In this document: one piece after another, positions 1 through 9,383 of the stretch
Layout of the letters: each line of letters begins with the position of its first letter
Position numbering within the stretch: the stretch's first letter is position 1
NCBI GenBank assembly: GCA_008690995.1
Contig: VRMN01000001.1
Coordinates: 1,364,001 to 1,428,000, forward strand
DNA length: 64,000 nt
Source: Porphyridium purpureum
Taxonomy: Eukaryota
Direction of reading: 5' to 3'
The notes under the pieces: model-generated
Seen by the model: the letters and a program-made list of their open reading frames with translations, nothing else
What the model was told of the DNA's origin: nothing
Databases searched by the model: none
Translations under genes and position numbers: made by a program

Positions 1-231
1 ACCGGCAAGAAAAATCACGTCACGAAAAATCGCGTTCGTCCAGTCGCCTCGTATCTCAGACGCACGGAAAGAGCAGCGCACAAACTCTACTGCGGGAGCA
101 TCTTGAATGACAACATTGCGGAATTCTTCGTCCTCGCAATATTTCTCAATGACACAGGCGGGCTGTGCCGCAACCGTCGCGAAAGTGACCAGCACCGTGA
201 ATCCTACGATGACCGCCACGTGCGCGCCCAT
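1..231 (-). CDS. 5' part of a putative secreted protein (runs off the window edge)
   Basis: Hand translation from ATG at 231: MGAHVAVIVGFTVLVTFATVAAQPACVIEKYCEDEEFRNVVIQDAPAVEFVRCSFRASEIRGDWTNAIFRDVIFLAG. No stop to position 1; hydrophobic signal peptide ending VAA|Q. Not in the ORF track because it has no stop in the window. Confidence 0.5.
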   Translation of the reverse strand, partial: MGAHVAVIVGFTVLVTFATVAAQPACVIEKYCEDEEFRNVVIQDAPAVEFVRCSFRASEIRGDWTNAIFRDVIFLAG

Positions 232-750
232 CTTCCTCAGGAATTTGAGCGAGTGCAGCGACCAGATGAAGACGTCTGCAGAACAGCCCGGGCGAGATCA
301 AGTCTTTTGCGACGTCCAGTCTGCCGTTCGTCTCGCTATCCACGAACCGATGCACTGTCAGCACGCTCGCGCACGCAACATCGGCGCGCACACGAACGCG
401 ACCTGCGCATGCGCTGCGGCTCACAGTCCTCCGCATCGCACGCGCACCGATCGCATTCGGTTCACACTGTCAGACGGAACGGCATTTCTTTGCAATCCAG
501 ATTGTTGCTCACAAAATGGCACCCTTTTAAAAGATATTGTAATGCGGAAAGGGGTACAGTCTCCTAGTCGATGGAACCACTAAACCGAGGAACCGGCTTG
601 TCCACATTGATGCGTGGCGCTCACCGCGTGCGCGCGACTGCGTCAACGGTTCAGCGCGACGCGAAACGCTTCCGACATTATGGACGCTGCATCGCCGCGC
701 AGTGCGGCGCGGAGCCAGTGCAACAAGTCCATCGAACAGTGCTGTCGAGT

Positions 751-1941
751 TCATGTGCCAGTGGAGGCCTCTTCGGATCTTATTTGAAGAAGTAAATCCA
801 AAATGCGCGTGATGCCCTCCGAGAGAATGTCGTGCGGAAGCGCGTACGAAAAGCGAAAGTGGTGCTCGCCTCCGCGAAACCCGGACCCAGGCACGACAAG
901 TACCTCCTTTTCTTTGAGCAGACGCATGGCGAGCGTGCTCGAAGGTATGCGGAGGGCGTATTGAATGAAGCACATGGCGCTCGCGGCCGGTTTCGTAGCG
1001 CTCAGAATACCCTGGCTGCGATTAATCATGTCCTCTACAAGTGGCCATCCTCCGCGGATCAGGTCCCTTGACCGCTGGATGATTTTGGCCCTGGTGGGTT
1101 CGGTCAGCGCAAAAGTGGCAAGTTCCATACTGAGAGCACTTGCAGATATGCTCACATATTCGTGCCGGTACCATGCACGTGTGATCACCTCTCGTGGACC
1201 AATCAACCATCCGAGGCGAAGCCCCGGAAGCCCGAACGCCTTTGACAAGCTACCGACGCAAATCGTCTTTTCGTAGCCGAGCGAATACCACGAGGGTGTC
1301 TCATGCGCCCCTTCAACCTCGGCTCCGGCGTACACTTCGTCCACCACAAGCCATGCGCTCACGCGCTTGGCTGCGGCCAAAATGCAAGCTCGCTCGTCGT
1401 TAGACAAAATATGACCGGTCGGATTGTTCGGATCTACCACAGAAATCACCCTCGTGTTCGAGCTCACTGCCTTTTCAAGCGAGGTCTTATCCAAAGCCCA
1501 ACTTTTCGTGCCGTCCAGATAAAACGGTCGTACATTGTTGCGCGCGGCCGAGTTGCGCGCGCTCCCTGCAAATTGCATGTACGCTGGCATCAGTACGGCT
1601 ATCTCTGCACCGCACTCTTGAGCTAGACTGTTGGCCAGAATGAAGTTAGCCTCGCTCGCGCCAACTGTTACCAGGACGTTGTCCGCGTCGGGCTCATCGT
1701 AGAGACGCGCAATGATCTCTCGCAATGGGCGTGAGCCATTCACTTCAGGATAGTCCAGGAGTGTATCTAGCAGCTTCTGCGTTGGTGTGTCGCCACCTGC
1801 TAAGCTCAGCAGCTCACGAAGAGTTAGCGGCTGCACACCAGATTCTGCAAACTTAAGGCGGACGCCGACCTCGTTCTCGCTCATGAATCGCTCCACAGCA
1901 AACAGCTCGAAGGCCAGCGTGGCCTCTGCATCCTCTGCCAT
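751..1941 (-). CDS. PLP-dependent aminotransferase class I/II
   Basis: Motifs TVGASEA, PNNPTG, VVDEVY, SLSKAFGLPGLRLGW (PLP lysine), VLVVPGSGF..HFRFSY. First ATG at 1941. Confidence 0.9.
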   Translation of the reverse strand: MAEDAEATLAFELFAVERFMSENEVGVRLKFAESGVQPLTLRELLSLAGGDTPTQKLLDTLLDYPEVNGSRPLREIIARLYDEPDADNVLVTVGASEANFILANSLAQECGAEIAVLMPAYMQFAGSARNSAARNNVRPFYLDGTKSWALDKTSLEKAVSSNTRVISVVDPNNPTGHILSNDERACILAAAKRVSAWLVVDEVYAGAEVEGAHETPSWYSLGYEKTICVGSLSKAFGLPGLRLGWLIGPREVITRAWYRHEYVSISASALSMELATFALTEPTRAKIIQRSRDLIRGGWPLVEDMINRSQGILSATKPAASAMCFIQYALRIPSSTLAMRLLKEKEVLVVPGSGFRGGEHHFRFSYALPHDILSEGITRILDLLLQIRSEEASTGT

Positions 1942-2385
1942 GGCTGGCAATCCGGATCAGACTGCTTTCGACCGCAACCCGGGCAGAATCGAAGCGTTGA
2001 AAGCGCACTTGAGTGTACGCTTTCTTCAATGTGGACAAGTAATTGGTTTACCATTTGCTTCGTTTTTCCGACGACCCAGGGAGTCCGTCGCATGAGAGGT
2101 GGGAACGCCGGTTTCTCAGTGCTCCTCGTCAGGCGCCACGTCCGAAATGCTTGGCACCAGCAGATCGAGCCATGGTCTGGGCTCAAGGAGGGGCAGAGTG
2201 AAACCACTTTGAAGCGGTTGCCGGAGACTTGATTGTGACGGCTCACAAGAACCAGGAAACGGACGACCGTGCGGCCGATGTTTCCTTCAGGACGATGACG
2301 TGATCGATCGACGAGACCAGGTACAAGGCATCTTTACCGCGATGAAGAATTCAGGGCTTCCATTTCGAGGACTCCGTTCGCAGGT

Positions 2386-2728
2386 ATATCGAGTGGTTGG
2401 ATCGAGCCGGATAGCGTGTTTCCCTGGTGGAGCTGACTGGTTGGTATTGGACGACGGCGGACCCAACTTGAGTTGACGCCGTCGCAGGTACCTGCGCAGT
2501 TCCGGAGGGAGTGGGCAGTTGCACCACGGAGGACTGCGTTGGATGCTTTGATGATCAGACTTCGGTCTTGGCCGTTGCAGACCTGTTCTCGTTCACGAGT
2601 CATGCAATCAGGGTTTCAGATCTCCCGCGTACGCTGTGGGTTCTCGAGTGCCAGCATGTCGCTGTTTGGAAGTGCGTAAACCCGGGGGTGGGGTAATTCT
2701 GTCACTGTGGCTCCTCGGCTGACTGTTG
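2386..2728 (+). pseudogene. Degraded paralogue of the Cys-rich secreted protein at 10219-10782
   Basis: Collinear peptide blocks in shifting frames, with stops: ISSG, DDGGP, TCAVPEGVGSCTTEDCVG, SVLAVADLFSFT, GFQISRVRCGF, FCHCGSSADC. These match ISSG, PDGGP, TCEVPDGMGGCTTMDCLG, RIQAIADLFSLT, GFQTDLNRCGY, FCCCGTTADC of the intact gene. Confidence 0.8.
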
Positions 2729-3381
2729 CCCGGTGTCCTTGCGTGAGAATTGCCGGGAGCAAACGCGGGAGTCGCCGGCTTTTGAAACGTGCTATTCTAT
2801 CGTTGTGGTTGCCCGAACCTGCGTTCTGTGAAGAAGTGCGTCGACGTCAGTCTTCCGTAGGCAACTGCGCTCTGTGACCGTCGCTCGTACTCCATGCTGA
2901 GGTTGCTGCTAGAGTCACTGAATGTGACGGAGGAATCGCGGACAGCGGACGCTCATGGCAGTCCCGCTCCCCGCCACAATGTGCGCCGAGGGAACAAGCC
3001 CACGCCCTCTGGCGCCCCAGCTCTTGCGCGCGTATGCCGTGCGCCATCCCGATCATCTTTCGCAGACGCGGTGGAAGCGCTGCATGCTTGACTTCCAGCG
3101 ATAGCGTGCCGAGCTCGCGCGGGCACAGACAGTGTAAAGCGCGGAGAGCTGTGTTTCGAGCGTGAGTGATAATCTCTAGACACCCGTTTACAGGCGATGC
3201 CAATGGAGCATCACAATCACCATCACCAAACCCCATTACTCCTGCAACGAAATCCGCGTCGTGAAGCGGCCTTCTGATATTCTCGGCTGCACCGGTACTC
3301 ACGAGCCGCTCCACGTCCGCACCAAAGCGCGCCAGCATATTTCTTTTCCTACACCAGCGAGTGCCGAGACGAAAATCCGGA

Positions 3382-4189
3382 CATGGATTAAAAGTGTTCC
3401 GGTCCGAGAGACGCCCTGGGTGTACACCCGGAGGTACGGCGTCTCGGAATTGTTTGAGGTACAGGGGCTTTTTCGCCCGCGTGGTTTTTTACCCTGTACC
3501 TCTGGTTTTGTGTATTGTTGTCTTTCGCCCCGAGGAGCCGGAGTCGCGTGTCCGAGGGAAGCAGGAGCCGCTTGGCGGCCGGCCGGCACCCATTGAGCCG
3601 CTTGCTGACGTGGCTGGCTGTGGCTTCGTTCTGTGGAACGAACGGAGGAAAGCCCAGCCTTTTGGGAGAAATAATTTCTCCCTTCCGCGTCAAGGACAGC
3701 AAGGACGGCGGGGTATATAATGGGCGCGGGCCTGTGCGGTTCCCCGGATTTTCTTTAGAGCGGAAGAAGAGAGGCAAGGGAGTAGGACACAGAGAATAAA
3801 AGAAGAGTTGTTCTTTGGTGTCGGGTGCCTGGGCGTGGTCGTCGGAAGGCGTGGGGCCTTTTGCTGAGCCTGTGTAGCAGAGCCAGCAGCACATCGTGTC
3901 TGGGGGGTTTCGGTGCTCTTAGAGCACTGAAGGCAGACGGCGGCTTTGTCCGTTACGACACCCTGCCCCTGTCGAGACCGGTGCTGTCTGTGCCGACGCG
4001 AAAGGCAATAGTAGAGGCCCTATACGTTGGATTTTCCACGCCCCGGGTATTCGTCGTCTGTGTTGTGTGCGTCGTGTGGTTGTGTTCTCTGTGCTGTGTG
4101 CGTCGTGTTGCTGGGGTTCGGTCATCTGAGAAGGGTTGTGTCATCCGGGTTCGTGCGCTTGTCATCATCAAGCGTGCGAGAATTTAAAG
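3382..4189 (+). repeat. 5' LTR of element 1 (808 bp)
   Basis: Direct repeat of 8574-9383; begins CATGGATT, ends AATTTAAAG; TATATAA at 3714-3720. Confidence 0.95.
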
Positions 4190-4201
4190 TGGTATCATCG
4201 C
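4190..4201 (+). promoter_or_regulatory. Primer-binding site of element 1
   Basis: TGGTATCATCGC directly abuts the LTR end; TGGTATCA is the usual tRNA-iMet-type PBS start; the same 12-mer occurs at 59800-59811. Confidence 0.85.
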
Positions 4202-4211
4202 ATCGGCGAAG

Positions 4212-5168
4212 ATGGATTCTGAGGGAATGGACGTGCAGGGCCTGCAGGGCGGCGCGTCGTGGATTGAAGCTTTCAACCAGCTTCATGCTCGTATCGGAGG
4301 ACAAGAAATGATGATTGTGCAGCTGCAGGAGGGAAACCGCCTCTTGCAGGAGATGCTGCAGAATGTGATGCATCAGGCATCTGTGTCAGCTGGTCCCGGC
4401 GAAACGGAAAGGACCGTTGCATCGCTGATTGGACGCAGCTTGAGAAAATACGACGGACAGCGCGACAAACTCGTTGTGAACGAGTGGTTGTCGAGGATGA
4501 AGCAAGACTTGGACATGTGCATGCCAGCTGGAGCGCTGGAGTCGCAGAAGGTGATCGTAGCGTCGCGCTTCTTTGAGAAGGATGCCGCGCTCCTGTGGGC
4601 AGCTCGCCCTGAGGAACAGAGGATGGCATTGGCCGAGTCCGGTTGGAATGCGTTCGCGAACTTCGTGCGGACGGCATTTGAGCCGCCGCAGGCATACCTG
4701 ACTGCTCGAACGAACTTGTATCAGCTGAAGCAGGGCAAGATGACTGTTGCTGAGTTTGAGCAGCGCCTGAGGATGGTGGCTCTATCCGTGGATAGTGTGA
4801 CGGATGCCGAGCTCAACACCATCTTCACTCTCGGCCTGAAGGAGAAGCTTCGCCTTGAGGTGGCGCGTCAGGACACGAAGACGCTGGAAGAGTCGCTGAG
4901 GGCGGCGTTGGCTGCGGAGCAGGTTGGTAGGTTTGGAGGAGACATGAGGGAGGCTTTTCATGGCGCCTCGAGTCCAAACTACCGGAACAGCTCGTCGTAT
5001 GCCGGGACGGCGCCAATGGATTTGGGCGTCGTGGAGAAACGCCAGCCGGAGAAGCGCAAGCGTGCGGACATGGGCAAAGTCAGATGCTACCATTGCGGGC
5101 AGCGCGGCCACATCAAACCCAATTGCCCAAAGCGGAATGGGCACTTGGCGGGAGGCCCGGAAAACTAA
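4212..5168 (+). CDS. gag: Retrotransposon Gag (capsid-like domain plus CCHC zinc knuckle)
   Basis: KYDG..EWL, LYQLKQGKMTVAEFEQR, PMDLG, and the knuckle CYHCGQRGHIKPNC. Confidence 0.93.
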   Translation: MDSEGMDVQGLQGGASWIEAFNQLHARIGGQEMMIVQLQEGNRLLQEMLQNVMHQASVSAGPGETERTVASLIGRSLRKYDGQRDKLVVNEWLSRMKQDLDMCMPAGALESQKVIVASRFFEKDAALLWAARPEEQRMALAESGWNAFANFVRTAFEPPQAYLTARTNLYQLKQGKMTVAEFEQRLRMVALSVDSVTDAELNTIFTLGLKEKLRLEVARQDTKTLEESLRAALAAEQVGRFGGDMREAFHGASSPNYRNSSSYAGTAPMDLGVVEKRQPEKRKRADMGKVRCYHCGQRGHIKPNCPKRNGHLAGGPEN

Positions 5169-8100
5169 AACCTCGAGGGAGAAGTTGGGAGGTGCACTCG
5201 AGGGGAACGGAACCTCCCGGGATGGGCTTTGTAGGTGAGGTCTGGCGCGCTGATGCGGCGTCGAGGTTGCTCTACAAGCGTGGAACTTTAGATGGCGAGT
5301 CTGTCCAATTTCTGGTGGACAGCGGAGCATCGCACAATTTTCTTGGATCTCGCTTTGTCGGCAGATTTGAAGGGCGCGAGAACGGAATGGTCAAGCTTGC
5401 GGGTGGGCAAAGTGTCTCAGTGCATGGCCCGGTGTTGCAGCATGTTGATCTTGGGTTCTGGAAAGGGCCGGTCAAGTTTTATGTCGGACCTCTGCAAATG
5501 GATGCAATTCTCGGGTGGGACTGGCTGAGTCGCGTGAACCCGAGGATTGATTGGCAGAGGGGTTCGATGGACTTGGAACTTGAAAATGTGGAAGATTGTG
5601 CGATGGTAAATGTCGTGGACGCTCTTTCCGAGTCAAGCGGAAATCAAGCGTACGATGGAGAAGAGGAGAGTGCCAGTGAAGAGGTCGAAGGAAAGATGGC
5701 CGGGATGGAACATGCGTTGACTCACATGCCGATGCGGGATGATTGTGAGACGTGTGTTGTGGCCAAGATCAAGAGCCGACCAGCAAGAAGGCTGGAGAAG
5801 GACTTGTCCACTTTGTCGTTCAATGACGAAGTTGGGATCGACCTGGTGGAGCCCGGACGTAACGTGGAAGCCATCGATGGAGCGAAGTACATGCTGACGC
5901 ACATCGATAGAGCGACGAGGTGGGCCACACTGGCAGGATTGAGAGCCAAAACGCATACGGCGGTTGCTGAAGCTTGGACAAGCGTGCAAGCCGGGCGAGG
6001 ATGGCCAAAGGTACTGAGGACAGATGATGGAAACGAGTTCAGGGGAAATGTGAGCAATTTGGTACGGGAGAATCTCGTGAAGCATGAGATTGGGGTCCCA
6101 CATAGACCGAATAGCCACGCTGAACAGGAACGTTTCCATCATACTTTGAATCAGGGGGTACGAGCAAATCTCCTGCAGTCTGGGCTGGGAAAGCGGTGGT
6201 TTTTGCATGCCGCTCAGCATTTCGTATTCATGTTCAATCGGCTGCACCCAGACAAGAAGTCTGGGAAGTCTCCGTATGAAATGAGGTACGGTGAGAGATG
6301 GAAGCGGGGGAAGGTAGCAGTACCATTTGGGTGCAAGGTGGTTTTCAAGAATGATCAACCGGAGAACAAGTATGCACCCAGAGGAAAGATTGGAGTCCTT
6401 GTTGGAGTTGCGGAGCATCCGCTGGCAATCTGGGTCCTTCCTCAGGAGGAGTGGACGAGTGCGGCACCGAAGCTGACTCGCACTCAGGACTTCAAGGCGT
6501 TCCCTGAAGTGTTTCCAATGCGGACTTTGGAAACAAGGGATGACGAGGAGGTCTCGGCACGTGAGGGTGAAATCGACTTTCACTCTAGGCAGGAAGAACC
6601 GGATAGTCAAGAGACTATGGTGTTGCCTACGAATACGGCCGAGGCGCGTGTATCCGGGAACTTGGAGGAGGATGTTCCCCTACCTATTGGAAGAAGGGGG
6701 AAACGAAAACCCAGGGTATCCTGGAGCCGGGAAGAGGATCAGGCCATCATGGATGGCTTACGGCTCTTTGGCTGGGGGAAGTGGGAAAGAACTCTGCAAG
6801 AATATAAGGCAGTGTTCCGCGATTCAAGAAACGGAAAGGATGTGCGAGCCCGGGCTCATAATATGGGCCTCTCGGAGGAAAATTGGAGGCAACGCGCAGG
6901 AGTTGCTCCAGAAACACCGCAATTGAACTTGACAACTTTGTTGCAGACGAGCCAAGCTCTGGCTTCTTCGGCTGGAAGAGAAGCCATGCAAAAAGAAGTG
7001 GACTTGATGATCCGATTCAAGGTATGGGATGAGCAACCTATTTCAAGGGAAGAAGCTCTCAAGGTCCCAGGCGCACGATTTGTGCGGACACACTTTATAT
7101 TCGGATTGAAGTTCGCTGAGCTTCCGGAGGAGTTTCGCAAGGTCAAGTGTCGGCTTGTTGCTGGTGGAAATAGGATTTGGGATGCCTCAGGGAAGGTCAC
7201 TCAGGATGTGTTTGACTATGAGGTGCCCGCGGGCCTGTCTGCGATCAGAATGCTGATAGCTTTGGCCGCTATCCTAGGATTGAAGATCGTATCGTTCGAT
7301 GTGACGTCGGCGTACTTACACGCTGACTTGTCAGGACCACCGACGTTTGCCATGTTGCCCCGACACGTTCCAGGAGGAGGTGATGGACTTGTCGTTCGCT
7401 TGAGGAGGGCGCTTTATGGCTTGCCAAGAAGCGGGTCTGACTTTTCCCAGGATGCCCGCAGAAGACTTCAAAAGTTCGGGTGGGATTTGATTCACGGCGA
7501 GAAGAACGTATACGTGAAAAAGATGGCGGGAAGTGCATCTGTTGCACTCCTAGCCTTGTATGTCGACGATGGTCTGCTCGCGTGTGTCGAGAAGGATCGG
7601 GGTGAGATATTTCGAGAGTTGAGGTCAGAGTTCCTCATTGAGAAGGAGCCGGAAGTCCTCTCGGAAGGAGCCCCGTTAAGGTTCCTAGGACTCACGATCT
7701 CGGAGTCGGCGACACGGTTTTCGTTGGGTCATGATCACTACCAAGCTTTGGTGGTGAAGGAATTCGAAGAAGAACTTGGGCAGGTGCTGCGAGCGGTGAA
7801 ATCACCAGGTGAGAAGATGAATGCTGACGCTGTATTGGATGTTCAAGTCGAACATGGACATCTGAAAATACGCGAGCATGTCGGGCGGCTGCTGTGGTTG
7901 GCCAGGACGGTCAGACCGGATATCTCCTATGCAGTTGGAGTGGTGGCTCGGTATGTGGATAGCTGGAACGTCGCAGCTGAGAGACTCCTGGTTCGCGTCA
8001 TGCAATACTTGAAGGTGCCTCGTGAGCCACTTGAGTATTTGCAGATGACGTCATTGAAGATCGGCGACGTAAGCGTCTTGGGCTATGCTGATGCCGACTT

Positions 8101-8583
8101 TGCTGGATGCCCGGAAACGCGCAAGTCAACGTCTGGGAGAGTGACGTACTTGGTCGCGGGTGGAAACAAGTATCTGGTCGATTGGAGCTCCAGAAGGCAA
8201 CGCTTTGTGAGCTCTTCGACCTCTGAGTCTGAGATGGCCGCTCTGGAAGAAGCGGTGCAGTTATCTTTGTTTCCGGCATTGTCGTTTCTTCGAAGCGTGC
8301 AAGAGGGGGATTATGCGTTGACCCTGCTTTGTGATAGTCAAGTTGTTCTCCGTGCGGTCGAGATGGGCTACTCGCCAAAGTTGCATCACATGGCAGTGAC
8401 CAGAGCCACGGACTTGGCGTGGATACACCAAGTTTGCGAGAAGCAAAAGCTGGTGAGATTGGAATATGTGAGGACGGGGAAAACGTGTCCGACTTGATGA
8501 CAAAACCTTTGTTTCCGGAAGGTCATATCAGGTGTTGGACTATGTTACGCGTCCCTCAGATCGGAAGGAGGAGCATGGATTAA
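5084..8583 (+). CDS. pol: Pol polyprotein PR-IN-(Myb)-RT-RNase H; 1-nt frameshift near 8476-8480 truncates the annotated ORF at 8497
   Basis: PR LVDSGASHNF; IN HHCC (HALTH..CETC) and D,D,E (GIDLVE, RTDDGNEF, AEQER); Copia-type RT (KCRLVAGG, DVTSAYLHADL, ALYGL, LYVDD, RPDISYAV); RNase H (YADADFAG..RKSTSG, STSESE). Restoring one base gives ..ENVSDLMTKPLFPEGHIRCWTMLRVPQIGRRSMD* ending at 8583, matching element 2. Confidence 0.93.
5159..5220 (+). promoter_or_regulatory. Predicted -1 programmed ribosomal frameshift signal (slippery heptamer plus H-type pseudoknot)
   Basis: G GAA AAC (5159-5165) sits just before the gag stop. 5-nt spacer; stem 1 CCTCGAG 5171-5177 / CTCGAGG 5197-5203; stem 2 GGGAGGT 5187-5193 / ACCTCCC 5212-5218. 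pol is in the -1 frame. Confidence 0.85.
8563..8573 (+). promoter_or_regulatory. Polypurine tract of element 1
   Basis: GGAAGGAGGAG immediately before the 3' LTR; identical at 62288-62298 in element 2. Confidence 0.9.
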
Positions 8584-9383
8584 AAGTGTTCCGGTCCGAG
8601 AGACGCCCTGGGTGTACACCCGGAGGTACGGCGTCTCGGAATTGTTTGAGGTACAGGGGCTTTTTCGCCCGCGTGGTTTTTTACCCTGTACCTCTGGTTT
8701 TGTGTATTGTTGTCTTTCGCCCCGAGGAGCCGGAGTCGCGTGTCCGAGGGAAGCAGGAGCCGCTTGGCGGCCGGCCGGCACCCATTGAGCCGCTTGCTGA
8801 CGTGGCTGGCTGTGGCTTCGTTCCGTGGAACGAACGGAGGAAAGCCCAGCCTTTTGGGAGAAATAATTTCTCCCTTCCGCGTCAAGGACAGCAAGGACGG
8901 CGGGGTATATAATGGGCGCGGGCCTGTGCGGTTCCCCGGATTTTCTTTAGAGCGGAAGAAGAAGAGGCAAGGGAGTAGGACACAGAGAATAAAAGGAAGA
9001 GTTGTTCTTTGGTGTCGGGTGCCTGGGCGTGGTCGTCGGAAGGCGTGGGGCCTTTTGCTGAGCCTGTGTAGCAGAGCCAGCAGCACATCGTGTCTGGGGG
9101 GTTTCGGTGCTCTTAGAGCACTGAAGGCAGACGGCGGCTTTGTCCGTTACGACACCCTGCCCCTGTCGAGACCGGTGCTGTCTGTGCCGACGCGAAAGGC
9201 AATAGTAGAGGCCCTATACGTTGGATTTTCCACGCCCCGGGTATTCGTCGTCTGTGTTGTGTGCGTCGTGTGGTTGTGTTCTCTGTGCTGTGTGCGTCGT
9301 GTTGCTGGGGTTCGGTCATCTGAGAAGGGTTGTGTCATCCGGGTTCGTGCGCTTGTCATCATCAAGCGTGCGAGAATTTAAAG
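8574..9383 (+). repeat. 3' LTR of element 1 (810 bp)
   Basis: By eye differs from the 5' LTR by one substitution and two 1-nt insertions; followed by TSD CCGGA. Confidence 0.95.

Larger units (their letters stand above)
3382..9383 (+). mobile_element. Full-length LTR retrotransposon (element 1): Copia-order pol with Gypsy-like gag/protease
   Basis: Two near-identical LTRs, TSD CCGGA at 3377-3381 and 9384-9388, PBS after the 5' LTR, PPT before the 3' LTR, gag and pol ORFs. Confidence 0.97.

Noticed and set aside
3361..4311. ORFs inside the LTRs, also 8532-9424 and 59058-59853
   Set aside because: Mostly non-ATG starts, no domain signal, and several frames differ between LTR copies.
5084..5158. 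ATG at 5084 as an independent pol start
   Set aside because: It lies within the Gag zinc-knuckle coding region; the frameshift signal explains pol expression better.
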